In this document: positions 11,576 through 23,629 of the stretch, in pieces
Numbering within the stretch: position 1 is the first letter of the stretch
Layout of the letters: each line of letters begins with the position of its first letter
NCBI RefSeq assembly: GCF_006345805.1
Contig: NW_021828039.1
Span: 1 to 35,882 of the forward strand
From: Octopus sinensis
Lineage: Eukaryota
DNA: 35,882 nt
Direction of reading: 5' to 3'
Translations under genes and position numbers: made by a program
The notes under the pieces: generated by a model
The model's input: only the letters and a program-made list of their open reading frames with translations
Databases searched by the model: none
Told to the model about the DNA's origin: nothing

Positions 11576-12369
11576 TAGATTTCAGTGACAATATATGGAT
11601 TCAAGTAATTTGGTAGTACTCATAAAAATCTCTTTAATGTATCTTTCTGCAAAACGTACATAATATATAATATGATACAAGAGAAAATGATAAAGGGTGT
11701 ATAAAGTTATAAATGACGGAGAAATAGTTTGTTGAAATTTTATCTAACAATAAGAAAATTCTAATATTTGATTTTGCATTAATGCAGACATGTAAGTAAT
11801 TTATTTATTGTTAAATATAATGATATAAATCCTTTACATGTTTTAAGTTACGAAACAAATTGTCGTGATATTTGAATTTTTATTTTTAACTAAAATTTCA
11901 TTAAACTATTTTTCTGTCATTTTTTACTTTATACACTCACACACACACACACACAGACAAAATATGTGTGTGTGTATGGTTGTGAATACATATATATTAT
12001 TGGCATCAATACACAACCTACTCTCATATAATTACGTACTACTTAGAAATGAAATAATTTTTACGTTATGCTATTATTAATTTCTATAATTACACTATAT
12101 TCAATAGTTAATTTCACAAACGTTTTACTTGTACCGCGACATTATTCTGCACCACCAACACATCCACTATTAATTTTTCGTTTGGTCTGAAAGGGCCAAG
12201 AAGCAATCGAGTTAGCCATTAGCTGAGTGCGATGCACAGGTGCCCGTAGCTAGTAAGTGCATCCTCACTAGAAGTCTCCGTTCGTCAGTCACACTAATTG
12301 AGGTTAAAGAGAAGTGTCAATGTCGAGGAAGAAGATTTTTTCATAGTGGGGTAAATAGTTTGGCCAGAA

Positions 12370-12589
12370 GTTGCTAATACATACATACACACATACATAC
12401 ATACGTACGTACATACATACATACATATACATACATACATGTATATTTACAAACATACATAGATGTACATACAAATACATATTTACATACACACATACAT
12501 ATGTGTGTGTGTGTGGTGATTATGCGTACCCATGTGTGTCCTTGCTTCTGTGAATGCATGTGTATATCCATCGATCCATACCAACATAT

Positions 12590-12628
<39 letters not shown>

Positions 12629-13135
12629 CATGTAAACAAACATATATGAATCCAAATCCATATATATGTATATATATATATGTCTGCATATTTATATATA
12701 GTTATAAATACATATATATACATGCATACGTGCATAAATGGATGTATATACATATACACATACATATATGTATATATGTATATATATCCATTTATGTACG
12801 CATACGTGTATATATATATATGTATTTATACACGCACACACACTGATATGTACATATGCATTTATTATGTGTGTGTGTATTTATACAAGCATTCAAAAGT
12901 TTGGCTATATAAAATAACGTATGTCAGTGTATGTCTTTCTATTCCCCACTTTCTCTAATCATGGACACACACACACATACATACATACATACATACATAC
13001 ATACATACATACATACATACATACATACATACATACATGCGTACATACATATATACATACATACATACACAAACACACGCACGGAAGCACTCATGCACTC
13101 ACACTCACACATAGCACACAGCACGCGCACACATA
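12370..13135. repeat. Low-complexity (CATA)n/(TA)n/(CA)n tract
   Basis: Directly visible. Confidence 0.9.
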
Positions 13136-13667
13136 GATACCCCTGAGACCATATTCGTTCTTGCAGACATCATCTCTTGACACAAACCTTTGCTTCATTC
13201 GCAGCTGATGTGTTTAAGACAGGCCTGAGTGAAACTAAGTAGCAATTAGTGCAGATGCACTAAGGCCAGGTTGGAACACATACCTAGCAGGTAATGATGA
13301 ATTAATAGAGGAGGGTCAGTGCTGGAGGAGGGATCGGAGGAGGGAGAGAAAAGCACTAATATTTGCTCAGAGTGCAATGAAAAGAAAAATAGAAAGATCT
13401 CTGGGCAAGATATTCACAGGAACCAAATTACAGGAGAGTTTGTGCAACATTTAAGTGTAGCATCGTATAGATTGTTGTCAGCGTTGTTAAACGCACACAG
13501 AAGCAGCACCACATAAGCGAACAAACAAAATCAGTCACTCGTACAACGTGTCACGCATTCATATATTCACACACACACTTATATATGATTAATTTTTATT
13601 GTACACACGGACATTATTTCACGCGCGTTTACACTCAAATATTGAAACCTCCTTCTCACTAAATGTT

Positions 13668-13706
<39 letters not shown>

Positions 13707-13985
13707 GCACACACACACACACTCGCAGACACACATGTACGCTTACACGTACACGGTTATTTGAAACGGATTCATATTCAAGTGGAGTTGTAGATTATGC
13801 TGAATGGTTTTGCCTTATTCCCAAAAGGTTTTGAAAAGAAGGTTATTAAAAGTTATTATTACAAGTTATGAAATATGCTGAGTATGAGCATACGTATGAC
13901 ACAGTCAGTGAGGCAGACAGACAGGCAGACAGGCAGACAGGCAGTCAGACAGGCTGACGCATATTTACATGTATACGCATAAAGG

Positions 13986-14054
<69 letters not shown>

Positions 14055-14060
14055 TATATA

Positions 14061-14572
14061 GGCGCTGGCGTGGCCATGTGGATAGAAGCTTCTTTCCCAA
14101 CCACATGGTCCTGGGTTCAGTCCCACTGCATGCCATCTTGGACAAGTGTCTTCTACTATAGCCTCGGGTCGACCAAAGCCTTCTGAGTGGATTTGGTAGA
14201 CGGAAACAGAAAGAAGCCCGTCGTATATATATATATATATATATACACATTTAAATATTTGTTGGCTAAACTGGCAAAATGACCATTACGAAATATAACA
14301 ATATATATATATATACATATATGCATATATTTATATATTTATGTGTGTGTGTCTTTGTGTCTGTGTTTGTCCCTCCATCTCCCCATCGTCGCTTGACAAC
14401 CAATATTAGTGTGTTTATGTCCCCGTAACTTAGCGGTTCAGCAAAATAGAACGATAGAATAAGTACCAAGCTTTCGACAAATAAGCCTTGCGGTGGAGTT
14501 TTTCGACTAAAAAGTGGCGCTCCGGCATGGCTGCAGTCAAATGACTGAAACGAGTAAAAGAGTAAAAGAGAA
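14061..14572 (+). mobile_element. Composite tRNA-derived SINE (family B): head 14061-14223, internal (TA)/(TG) microsatellite, tail 14342-14572
   Basis: tRNA-like head (tggccatgtgg A-box-like; gggttcagtccc B-box-like), ttggacaagtgtcttc core, tail ending in (gtaaaaga)n. Same head-microsatellite-tail order at 22494-23290 and 24190-24614. Confidence 0.85.
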
Positions 14573-14616
14573 TATATATATACATATATATACATATATA
14601 CATTTGTGTGTATGTA

Positions 14617-14654
<38 letters not shown>

Positions 14655-15329
14655 TACACACACATATACATATATGTATATACCTACCTGTATACATATA
14701 TTCATACCTGCATATACATACGACCACACGTATGACCATCAGACTAAAAGATTAAAACGATTTTGTTACATAGATTTATTTAAGGTTATGATTGCTTCGA
14801 ATGGTTAGAGAAACTCCCCCATCGCTACACACTAGTTTGTACGCATAATTAATTAATCAATCGATTAACTAATAAATGAAACTCACACCCCCAACCATCG
14901 CCGCCATACCTTAAAGTCGTAATAGTAGATTTTTTAATGATGTTTCCAGCAACCATAAACAGTGGTAGAAGACAATTGGGAAGATTGTTGGTATCTCAGT
15001 TATTTCACTAACGATCTTTTCATCAGTTGATAATCAATACTCAATAATTAGAACAAATATCGATTACCAACCACGTCATCAGATAGCATAATGAAATACG
15101 TTTCATCGGAGAAATTTTACCCTTATATGTAGACGTGAATTATGTATCAACAAATGATACGAAAAAAGATAATGAAAGACATACACATAATAAGACAAGT
15201 AGTAAAAGCTATACATAAATGTCCAAAAGAATGTTTCGCAGTTTGAGTTGAGGTTAAGGAGTCAAGAGGATACGCTTATAAAAGTAACTCAATGAAATAA
15301 CTTGGGCCATAAATGAATAGCAAAAAGGG

Positions 15330-15483
15330 TTACATTGGTAGAGGAAAAAATAGTGAGATGAAGGTTGACCAAAACAATATTATAATACCTACTGCAGGGG
15401 GCACCCATCGTTGCCACCTCTGTACAAAAGGTTGTAAGCCCTTAGCGGGACTGAAGAGCCATAGCTGTGCTTCTCATGTTTAA
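15330..15483 (+). pseudogene. Possible 3' relic of an RTE-clade LINE ORF (C-terminal Zn-finger-like motif)
   Basis: Frame +1 gives HRCHLCTKGCKPLAGLKSHSCASHV* (15406-15483), resembling the CxxCxxxCxxxxGLxSH motif at the end of RTE ORFs. Upstream sequence is too decayed to confirm. Confidence 0.42.
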
Positions 15484-15755
15484 GAGAACAATCAAGCGAT
15501 GTAATTACCCGAAATCGAGGCTGTGATAAATCTTTTTACACATCTTTAGTTCCTCATTGTTTGATTTGCAAAATCTATCTTATCGGGCTTCCCTTAGAGT
15601 TCAGAAAGTACAAACAGCCAATCGATAAATGCAAGAACCACTCAAGGATTGAGCACAACTCAAGCGACCAGACTACTTATTCAAAATTTGAGTATGCATT
15701 CCAGCATAAGTAGCCGATATTTTGATGGTGAGGCTAATAGCAAATATATGGGTAA

Positions 15756-16554
15756 GGCGGCGAACTGGCAGAAACGTCAGCACGCCGGGCGAAATGCTTA
15801 GCGGTGTTTCGTCTGCCGTTACGTTCTGAGTTCAAATTCCGCCGAGGTCGACTTTGCCTTTCACCCTTTCGAGGGTCGATTAAATAAGTACCAGTTACGC
15901 ACTGGGGTCGATGTAATCGACTTAATACCTATGTCTGTCCTTGTTTGTCCCCTCTGTGTTTAGCCCCTTGTGGGTAATAAAGAAATAGGTATTTCGTCTG
16001 CCGTTACGTTCTGAGTTCAAATTCCGCCGAGGTCGACTTTGCCTTTCACCCTTTCGAGGGTCGATTAAATAAGTACCAGTTACGCACTGGGGTCGATGTA
16101 ATCGACTTAATACCTATGTCTGTCCTTGTTTGTCCCCTGTGTTTAGCCCCTTGTGGGTAATAAAGAAATAGGTATTTCGTCTGCCGTTACGTTCTGAGTT
16201 CAAATTCCGCCGAGGTCGACTTTTCCTTTCACCCTTTCGAGGGTCGATTAAATAAGTACCAGTTACGTACTGGGGTCGATGTAATCGACTTAATCCGTTT
16301 GTCGGTCCTTGTTTGTCCTCTCGCTGTGTTTAGCCCCTTGTGGGTAGTAAAGAAATAGGTATTTCGTCTGCCGCTATGTTCTGAGATAAAATTCCGCCGA
16401 GGTTGACTTTGTCTTTCATCCTTTCGGGGTCGATTAAATAAGTACCAGTTACGCACTGGGGTCAATATAATCGACTTAATCCGTTTGTCTGCCCTTGTTT
16501 GTTCCCTCTATGTTTAGCCCCTTGTGGGCAGTAAAGAAATAAGAAATAAGAAAT
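15756..16554 (+). mobile_element. tRNA-derived SINE (family A): one head plus four tandem ~185-bp bodies
   Basis: Head with A-box-like tggcagaaacg; units start at 15807, 15992, 16175 and 16362, each with a B box (gagttcaaattcc, mutated in unit 4); final tail (aagaaat)n. Confidence 0.93.
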
Positions 16555-17159
16555 TCTTTTATCGTATTTTCAATGGCGGTGAATTAACAAAACCGTGTGA
16601 GTGCCACAAAACGGGAAATAAATTTCAGTGAATTATCTTTATGCACAATAAGGAATAGTTTCATGGTTTTTATCAAAGTTTTATAAGTGTTGTATATCAA
16701 CAAATATTTAAACGGGAAATGATATATTTTCAAACAACAAAATTACTTTTTTGCTGAATGAAGACTTTGGAAAAATAGTAGACCTACATCAAAACAAGAA
16801 GTTACAAGCTGCAGAAGGAGATGCAATCAATAAATCCAAGATTTTAATAAATCTGTCACTATTTTAATTGCACTTTTCTTCTTCGGGTTTAACGCCTATA
16901 TTCATTCTATAGTCTATGGTTGTATTTGGGAATGAAATATAAGTGTCTGTTTAGTTTTCGGTGGCATGTGGCGAAAAAAAAAATGAACTTTGACCAGAAA
17001 TAAACACAAGTGAATCAAATTACCAAATTGTACGAATTCACAGATTTTTATTTTGTTTTCTCAAATAAATTAGGTGAAAATAATTTAAAATTAAACTGAA
17101 GGATTACTCAATACATACTTTTGTAAAGTAAATTATGATACTTTTACAACAAGAATGGT

Positions 17160-17205
17160 GATAGTGACTTCAAAGTTTCGGCCTGCCAGCCTTCATCGGA
17201 CTGTC
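17160..17205 (-). ncRNA. Type I hammerhead ribozyme motif (family H3) with a single U4->C core change, inside a short fold-back (17157-17246)
   Basis: Minus strand GACAGU-CCGAUGA-A-GGC-UGGCAG-GCC-GAAAC-UUUGAA-GUC-ACUAUC: 6-bp stem I with one mismatch, 3-bp stem II, near-palindromic stem III, canonical GUC triplet. Confidence 0.62.
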
Positions 17206-17294
17206 TAATGAGGGCTACCATTCCAAACGTCGAAGTCATTGTCACCCCACTTCATGTAAAGTATAATTAATATATATATATTATAAAATTATAC

Positions 17295-17338
<44 letters not shown>

Positions 17339-17355
17339 TATATATAATATTATAT

Positions 17356-17509
17356 TATTTTTCTCTCCTTGTTTTCTCTTCCGTTTCTGTAAAAGAGCGT
17401 AGGCTCGAAACGTAAAAGACTTTTTCTATTCTTGAGCATTATACTAATACATCTGTTTGTTTTGTACACCACCTGTCTTCGTCTTTTTGTTTTTTTCGTA
17501 AACTCTCCC
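17356..17509 (+). mobile_element. Family H1 PLE-terminal-like element with degenerate hammerhead (17383-17418)
   Basis: gttt-ctgtaaaa-gagc-gtag-gctc-gaaac-gta-aaag; reverse complement homologous to 6400-6593; (TA)n on both sides. Confidence 0.65.
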
Positions 17510-18567
17510 TATATATATATATATATATATATATATGTCTGTTTGCTTATCTAACTATCTGCTTATCAGTTTATCTATCTCTCTGAATATTTACCTGTCA
17601 GTCTAATTATTTATATATATATGTATCCATTTGTTCGAACATTATAAACTTTCGTGTAAATTTTTTGTAGAATCAGTCATAATTATATCGCTTTTTCGAA
17701 CAACATATTCTCATTGCAGCGCAAACACATAGACACGCGAGCGAGAGCATGCTTATGCATCCAATTAAACCCGTATTTATTTACACAGGTAGAGACAGAC
17801 GGACACACACACACACACACACACATTTTTCCCACCTCTCTCCATTTAAACTTGGTGCATCGCCTTAAAATATTTACTATTTTGCACCAACTAAATAAAA
17901 TACATTGAAAGTGATTTGTTCTTTATTTTTTAATATATAAAATAATATAGAAATATATAAAGTACGATAGAAATCTCATTTTCATCCATTTATTAATTAA
18001 TGATGGAAATTAGTTATACATATATAGAAAAAAAGAAGATCATCCTTGTTTAGAACTGCAATGTGTTTATCATCTTAGAATAATTAAGTCTAAATTGATA
18101 TTAAAATAATGGAATATATTATTAATTTTTGTCGAATATATTATATGAAAGTACAAAATGCAGATTGCTTCTCACATTGTTTCTACAATCCTTATATAGT
18201 GGAAGCGTTGTTTGTTATCGCTGATATTATTTTACGAAGACTCAATTATTTGTTTTAGGATTGGGGATATTTTAAATTATAAACGAAGATATTAACTCTT
18301 TTTGTTTTAATTTGAAACAACTAGAGTAATACATACACAAAGAGGTTAATCTGTAAACAAAGTAATAACATTCAGCTTTCGTAAATTGTTTGTTTATTTG
18401 CCTTTGTCTATGTACTTTTGAACAGGTTAAGTCTCATAGAAGAGTCATTTCATGTCAAAGTCGCTATTTTGATTTAAATCAAATGGTGATATAAACACAA
18501 GATTATATTGATATTTCAGATACAGCTTAGAGGCCTTTTCCCGTTATTATCTTTTTTTATCCTATTA

Positions 18568-18603
<36 letters not shown>

Positions 18604-19000
18604 AAAATATTGTTTCAATATATGAATTTATATAAAATTTTATCTGATTATAAGATTTTTGTAATTTGTTTCCAGTAGTAAAAATTTCCACTTCATGCGT
18701 AGTTAACTATTTTCTTCTGTTTTTTTTTTGTTTTTATAAATGTTATGCTCTTGTCACAATGAATGTTTGGAGAAACACTCAGATATTTTGAGTAAACAGA
18801 ATTTTCAAATTTAATATAAAAAATGGCAAATAAATGTACCCCTGTTTGTAATTATTATATCAAATGTTTGAAACATGGCGTTTATATATTTGTACATCTA
18901 ATGAGTGCGTTCGAAAACAATTAAAACTAACGAGACAGAACAAATATCGTGTATTAGCTATAAAGTAAACCTTCATCCGCTGCTTAGTAACCAAATATCG

Positions 19001-19155
19001 GGCGTAAGTATGGATGTTTGTTTAAGAAGTTCGCTTCGCAATCACGTGGATTCCGAGTTCGATCCCAAAGAATGGCAACGCGAGTAATTTTTTTCCTATC
19101 ATTGCCGTACAAGTGGAATTCAGTAAACAGAATCTTTGCAAAAGCTAGACGCATT
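19001..19155 (+). mobile_element. Old degenerate family B SINE head
   Basis: ggcgtaagtatggatgtttgtttaagaagttcgcttcgcaatcacgtggattccgagttcgatccca aligns by eye to the 14061 head. Confidence 0.6.
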
Positions 19156-19161
19156 TGTATT

Positions 19162-19213
<52 letters not shown>

Positions 19214-19280
19214 CCCATCCATCCATCCATCCATCCATCCATCCATCCATCCATCTATCTATCGATCGATCGATCTACTC

Positions 19281-19319
<39 letters not shown>

Positions 19320-19320
19320 G

Positions 19321-19381
<61 letters not shown>

Positions 19382-19382
19382 G
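19162..19382. repeat. Compound tetranucleotide microsatellite (TCTA)(TCCA)(TCGA)(TCTG)(TCTA)
   Basis: Directly visible. Confidence 0.95.
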
Positions 19383-19574
19383 TTGTAACTTCTTTTTGTA
19401 TATACGCACATATTCGTTTGAATGTATCTGTTCTGTTGCTACATGTGCACACACGCACACACGCGTGCATACACACACATACACATGTACAGAGAGAGAG
19501 ACACACAGACAGACAGACGGACACACACTCACGCACACATACACACACACATAGTCATATATGTCATATATGTA

Positions 19575-19609
<35 letters not shown>

Positions 19610-19612
<3 letters not shown>

Positions 19613-19953
19613 TAAATTAGAGATAAAACCACTATTAGGCAAATCATACAATGAAAAGCTCAAGCCAATACATAAGATTAATTAATTTATATTATTTTAA
19701 ATATATATCAAAATTATTTAAAAAATAGTTCATTGATTAAACCTCGCTAAGTTAAATATTAAATCACCTGAAGAATGACTGTAACCGAAATTTTAAGAAT
19801 TGGACAGCCATGAAACGATCGTAGTGTTATACTAATTATCTTTTTTAATAATTTTGATATATATTTAAAATATATAAATTAATTATTTTATGTATTGGCT
19901 TAAGTTTTTCATTGTATGATTTGCCTAATAGTGGTTTTATCTCTAATTTAATA
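19610..19953 (+). mobile_element. Family H2 fold-back element: ~115-bp inverted arms around a hammerhead-containing core
   Basis: Arms ~19610-19725 and ~19841-19953 are reverse complements with ~3 substitutions and a few 1-nt indels; preceded by (TA)n. Confidence 0.8.
19765..19826 (+). ncRNA. Minimal type I hammerhead ribozyme motif with intact core
   Basis: CAC-CUGAAGA-AUG(a)CUGU...ACAG(c)CAU-GAAAC-GAUC-GUA-GUG: stem I CAC/GUG, extended stem II, palindromic stem III ACGAUCGU, predicted cleavage after A19823. Confidence 0.78.
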
Positions 19954-21038
19954 TAATATAATATTTTACTATAAAATTGGATTCAATCCTAAATCTGATT
20001 TTTCCCTGTAAGTTTGGATTTATTCCCTAATATTTTATTATATATATATATATATATTAGTTCTTAAGCGAAGGATTACTTTTAAGAAATCTGAAAGCAC
20101 AAAGTACCGATAGGTTCCGGAAAGACCTCCATTAGTTATTTAAGAACCTTAGACTTTTTTTTATTATAATGGAGCCATGTCTTAATTTTCTATATGACTC
20201 TGTCTCCGTTTTCTGCTGAAATACAAATGGCATAATGAATCTACAGTTTATTACAATGAATCAATTAAAAGAAACAGTTTCAGAGAAGTAAAATATAAAC
20301 CTTCTAACAACACTACAAGCATACATGGTGGAAATCGAGTTAGATCCATTTCTTAAACCCATTTCACTCTAAGAAATATCTCGTGTTCTATCTCCCCCAT
20401 CACTGAAGACGTCTCATATGGCTCCAAAGTTTTGTGATGGACCTACAGCATATTTCACACCGACTACAAGTCAAGTTTCCAGCAACAGCCTAACCATTTG
20501 GATATTGGGGCCTACAAAGCCGAGTTAGCCCACAGGCCGACCTTCCACCACCCTGCTACACTAAATGATCGAGAGAACATAAACATGCTGGATGTTACAT
20601 TACAGAGAGTGTGCGTGTGTGTGTGTTTGTGGTGGGAGGGCACGTCCGTGACCACGCTCGTGGCTTAGTAGGCCGGCCTTTGAAAAGCAGAAACGATCAC
20701 ACCGGTCATCTCAAAAAGGCTCCGTATATGAAGGGTTTACATCCTCCACATACATATGTCTTTCATCGAATTCTGATGAACAATCTCAACACTGTCACTT
20801 GTAGTTTTTCTTACGCAAGAGTTTCATAGGCAATCCCTTATCTCGCTCACAACTGTCATGCAATATTTGGACCGTTTATTAACTGAAACAAGTGACTTTA
20901 CAGTTCGCAAAAAGGGATTAATAAATATGTTACGATTACTGCGTGTGTGTGTGGCTTTTAATGCTGTTCGAAAGTTATTATTGCAATCAGTTTGTAAAAA
21001 AGTTGCCGTGGTCCAATGTAATGCCAATATAATAATCT

Positions 21039-21353
21039 TTTATTTATTTATGCGCCCTTTTACAAGCCTAGCCAGGCTCATGGGCCCTATTTCCCGGTTT
21101 CTATGGCGTATGTGTTCCCCCCAGCTGGACGGGACGCCTGTCCATCGCAGCGTTACTCAAGAAACAGGAAGAAAGAGCGAGAGAAAGTTGGCGCGAAAGA
21201 GTACAACAAGGGTCGCCGCCAACCCCTGCCGGAGCCTCGTGGAGCTTTAGGTGTTTTTGCTCAATAAGCACACACAACGCCCGGTCTGGGAATCGAAATC
21301 GCGATCCTCCGACCGCGAGTCAACTGCCCCAACCACTGGGCCATTGCACCTCC
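21039..21353 (-). mobile_element. tRNA-derived SINE (family E), near full length
   Basis: Minus strand begins ggaggtgcaatggcccagtgg (A box), has tttcgattccc (B-box-like) and ends in a (TAAA)n tail. Confidence 0.85.
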
Positions 21354-21922
21354 AATATAATAAATACCCATAATAAACTGTGACACATTCAGACGACTTT
21401 ATAATAATTTTCTATGAAAATAAAAATGAAAAAAAAAGCATTAAATTTTATAAAACGAAATGAACGAATTATGCATTGTAAGGTGGTTGGAATCTAATAG
21501 TCTTCGTAAGAATAATCATTTCAGTATGACAAAACGTACGCAGTACTGAAGCCATTTTATAATTTCGCTGACGAAAAAAGATGTTTTAATTTTGTTGGAT
21601 ATGAACTTACACATTCATCAATTACAATTAGTCAAATTCTGTTCTTTGCATTTTCGATCAGAATCTGAATATCGAACTACTAGCCTAATGTGAGACACAA
21701 TACTGGCTTGTGTACCTGTAATATACTTGGTAGTATGTTATGGTCGCAAAACAAAAGATTATGTTCTTTCCAGCAATGAATATGTACGTACCGGTTGCTG
21801 GAAATCTGTTTAATATGTAAATTGGGTAATTCAGTTGCGTTACATCGCTAAACTTAGTGAGTATTTAAATAATATGTTCGTGGATAGTCGATTGGTTGCA
21901 TGTGGTGCTGATGAAAAAACTA

Positions 21923-22244
21923 AAGAACCCCTTCGGTCATGAATGACCCTGGGATGCACCTAGAAAGTTCCCCTCCGAGACACACGTCGGGACAAGGTTG
22001 TTCATGGAAGATTAGTAGTCGCCCATGCATACCACGCCGCTGATGTTGCTCAAGGGAAAGGCAAGGGCCGATACAGCTTGGCACCTGTGACGTCGCAACT
22101 CATTTCTACAGCTGTGTGAACTGGAGCAACGTGAAATAAAGTGTCTTGCTCAAGAACACAACACAGAATCCGATCCAAGAATCGAACTCGCTAACTCATG
22201 ATTATGAATCGGACGCTCTAACCACTGAGCCATGTGTCTTCACA
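21923..22244 (-). mobile_element. tRNA-derived SINE (family D)
   Basis: Minus strand: tggctcagtgg A box, gagttcgattc B box, then tgtgttcttgagcaagacacttt, reminiscent of a CORE-type SINE central domain (that assignment is an inference). Confidence 0.82.
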
Positions 22245-22493
22245 CTGAGCCGAAAAAACTGTAACTCTTGAAATATACATATATACTCATTACCTAATAT
22301 TTTTTCTAGCTTTGATCATGTTCTTTATATAGACGTAATCGTTTACAAAACGTCGGAACTTGCAATGCTGACTCCTAATACCATAGAAAATTTATAGAGA
22401 TGATCTTAAAAAATTGATACAATTGCACGATCTTAGATACGTACCTTTTGCGTGGTACCCAGGGAAGTAAGTCAAATAGAAAAAAAGTAAACA

Positions 22494-22994
22494 GGCGTAG
22501 GGGTGGCTGGGTGGTAATTAGCTTGCTTACGAACCACATGGTTCCGGGTTCAGTCCCAATGTGTGGTACCTTGGGCAAGTGTCTTCTACTATAGCCTCGA
22601 ACCCACCAAAACCTTGTGAGTGGATTTGGTAAACGGAAACTGAAAGAAGCCCGTCGTATATATATATATATATAAGCGAGAAAGAAGCAACAAGAATGGA
22701 TAGGTTTTTAGTACGATCGTTTCATACAAGGACAGGTTTTATTAAAAGTTGCAAAGATTACAGCATATAAACGAGTCCTCGTTTATATGCTGTAATCTTT
22801 GCAACTTTTAATAAAACCTGTCATTGTATGAAACGATCGTACTAAAAACCTATCCATTCTTGTTGCTTCTTTCTCGCTTATAATCACCCCACATTACTGT
22901 ATTGTTAAATCAGTATAGTTTTTTTGGTGCATCTAAGTTAGGTACCATATTCAAGTAAATTTTTAAAATTAACTTGAATCTTTATTGCTCTTTG

Positions 22995-23050
<56 letters not shown>

Positions 23051-23290
23051 ATATATATATTTATGTGTGTGTGTGTATATGTTTGTATGTCTGTTTGTCT
23101 CCCCAACATCGCTTGACAACCGATGCTGGTGTGTTTACGTTCCCGTAGCTTAGCGGTTCGGCAAAAGTGACCGATAGAATAAATAATAGGCTTACAAAGA
23201 ATATGTCCTGGTGTCGATTTGCTCGACTAAAAGGCGGTGCTCCAGCATGGCCACAGTCAAATGACTAAAACAAAGAAAAGAGTAAAAGAG
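22494..23290 (+). mobile_element. Composite family B SINE (head 22494-22656, tail 23064-23290) with an expanded, invaded internal microsatellite
   Basis: Head and tail homologous to 14061-14572; the internal (TA)n contains the 22671-22882 palindrome. Confidence 0.85.
22671..22882. repeat. 212-bp near-perfect palindrome (105-bp arms, 2-nt loop, 1 mismatch) made of family H2 terminal sequence
   Basis: Base-by-base check found only 22730(g)/22823(a) unpaired; loop 'tc' at 22776-22777; each arm carries atgaaacgatcgta but not CUGANGA. Confidence 0.95.
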
Positions 23291-23629
23291 TAATTATGGT
23301 AGTGTAATAACGGTGATGTCGGTGTTGATTATGGTAAAGGGAGAGAGAGAGGGGGGAGAAGAGGAGGGAGAGAGTAAGAGAGAGAGAGAGAGAAAGAAGA
23401 AAGAGACGGTTTAAACACGAAGCGGGAGGGCAGACGGAAAATATCAGGACGTAGCAATGTATCTAACATCACTGCATTTTTAGATATCCCATTTATATTC
23501 TTCCTCTTTTTTTTCTGTCTATCCATCCACATTCGTTTGAAGTGTTTTTGCATAGCATCATATAAAATAATTATTTCGCAACAAGACCGGGAAAATGATA
23601 AGGTCTTCTGAGTACATATATCCATGTTA

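Noticed and set aside
11354-11578. 74-aa plus-strand ORF resembling the N-terminus of the 249-aa ORF
   Set aside because: Artefact of the inverted duplication, not a separate gene; the MSISVARL start is also artefactual.
15756-16554. Regular ~185-bp repeats as a CRISPR array or satellite gene cluster
   Set aside because: No short repeat/unique spacer structure; the units are whole SINE bodies with Pol III B boxes in a eukaryotic context.
17843-17897. ttggtgca...ttttgcaccaactaaata resembling mariner TIR remnants
   Set aside because: Too short (8-bp inverted match) to separate from chance.
20480-21030. GC-richer island and start of the 130-aa ORF 20858-21250
   Set aside because: The ORF runs into the antisense strand of a SINE and has no motif; the island could not be assigned.
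21039-22244. tRNA genes suggested by A/B boxes
   Set aside because: No closed acceptor stem or cloverleaf; the boxes continue into SINE bodies and tails.
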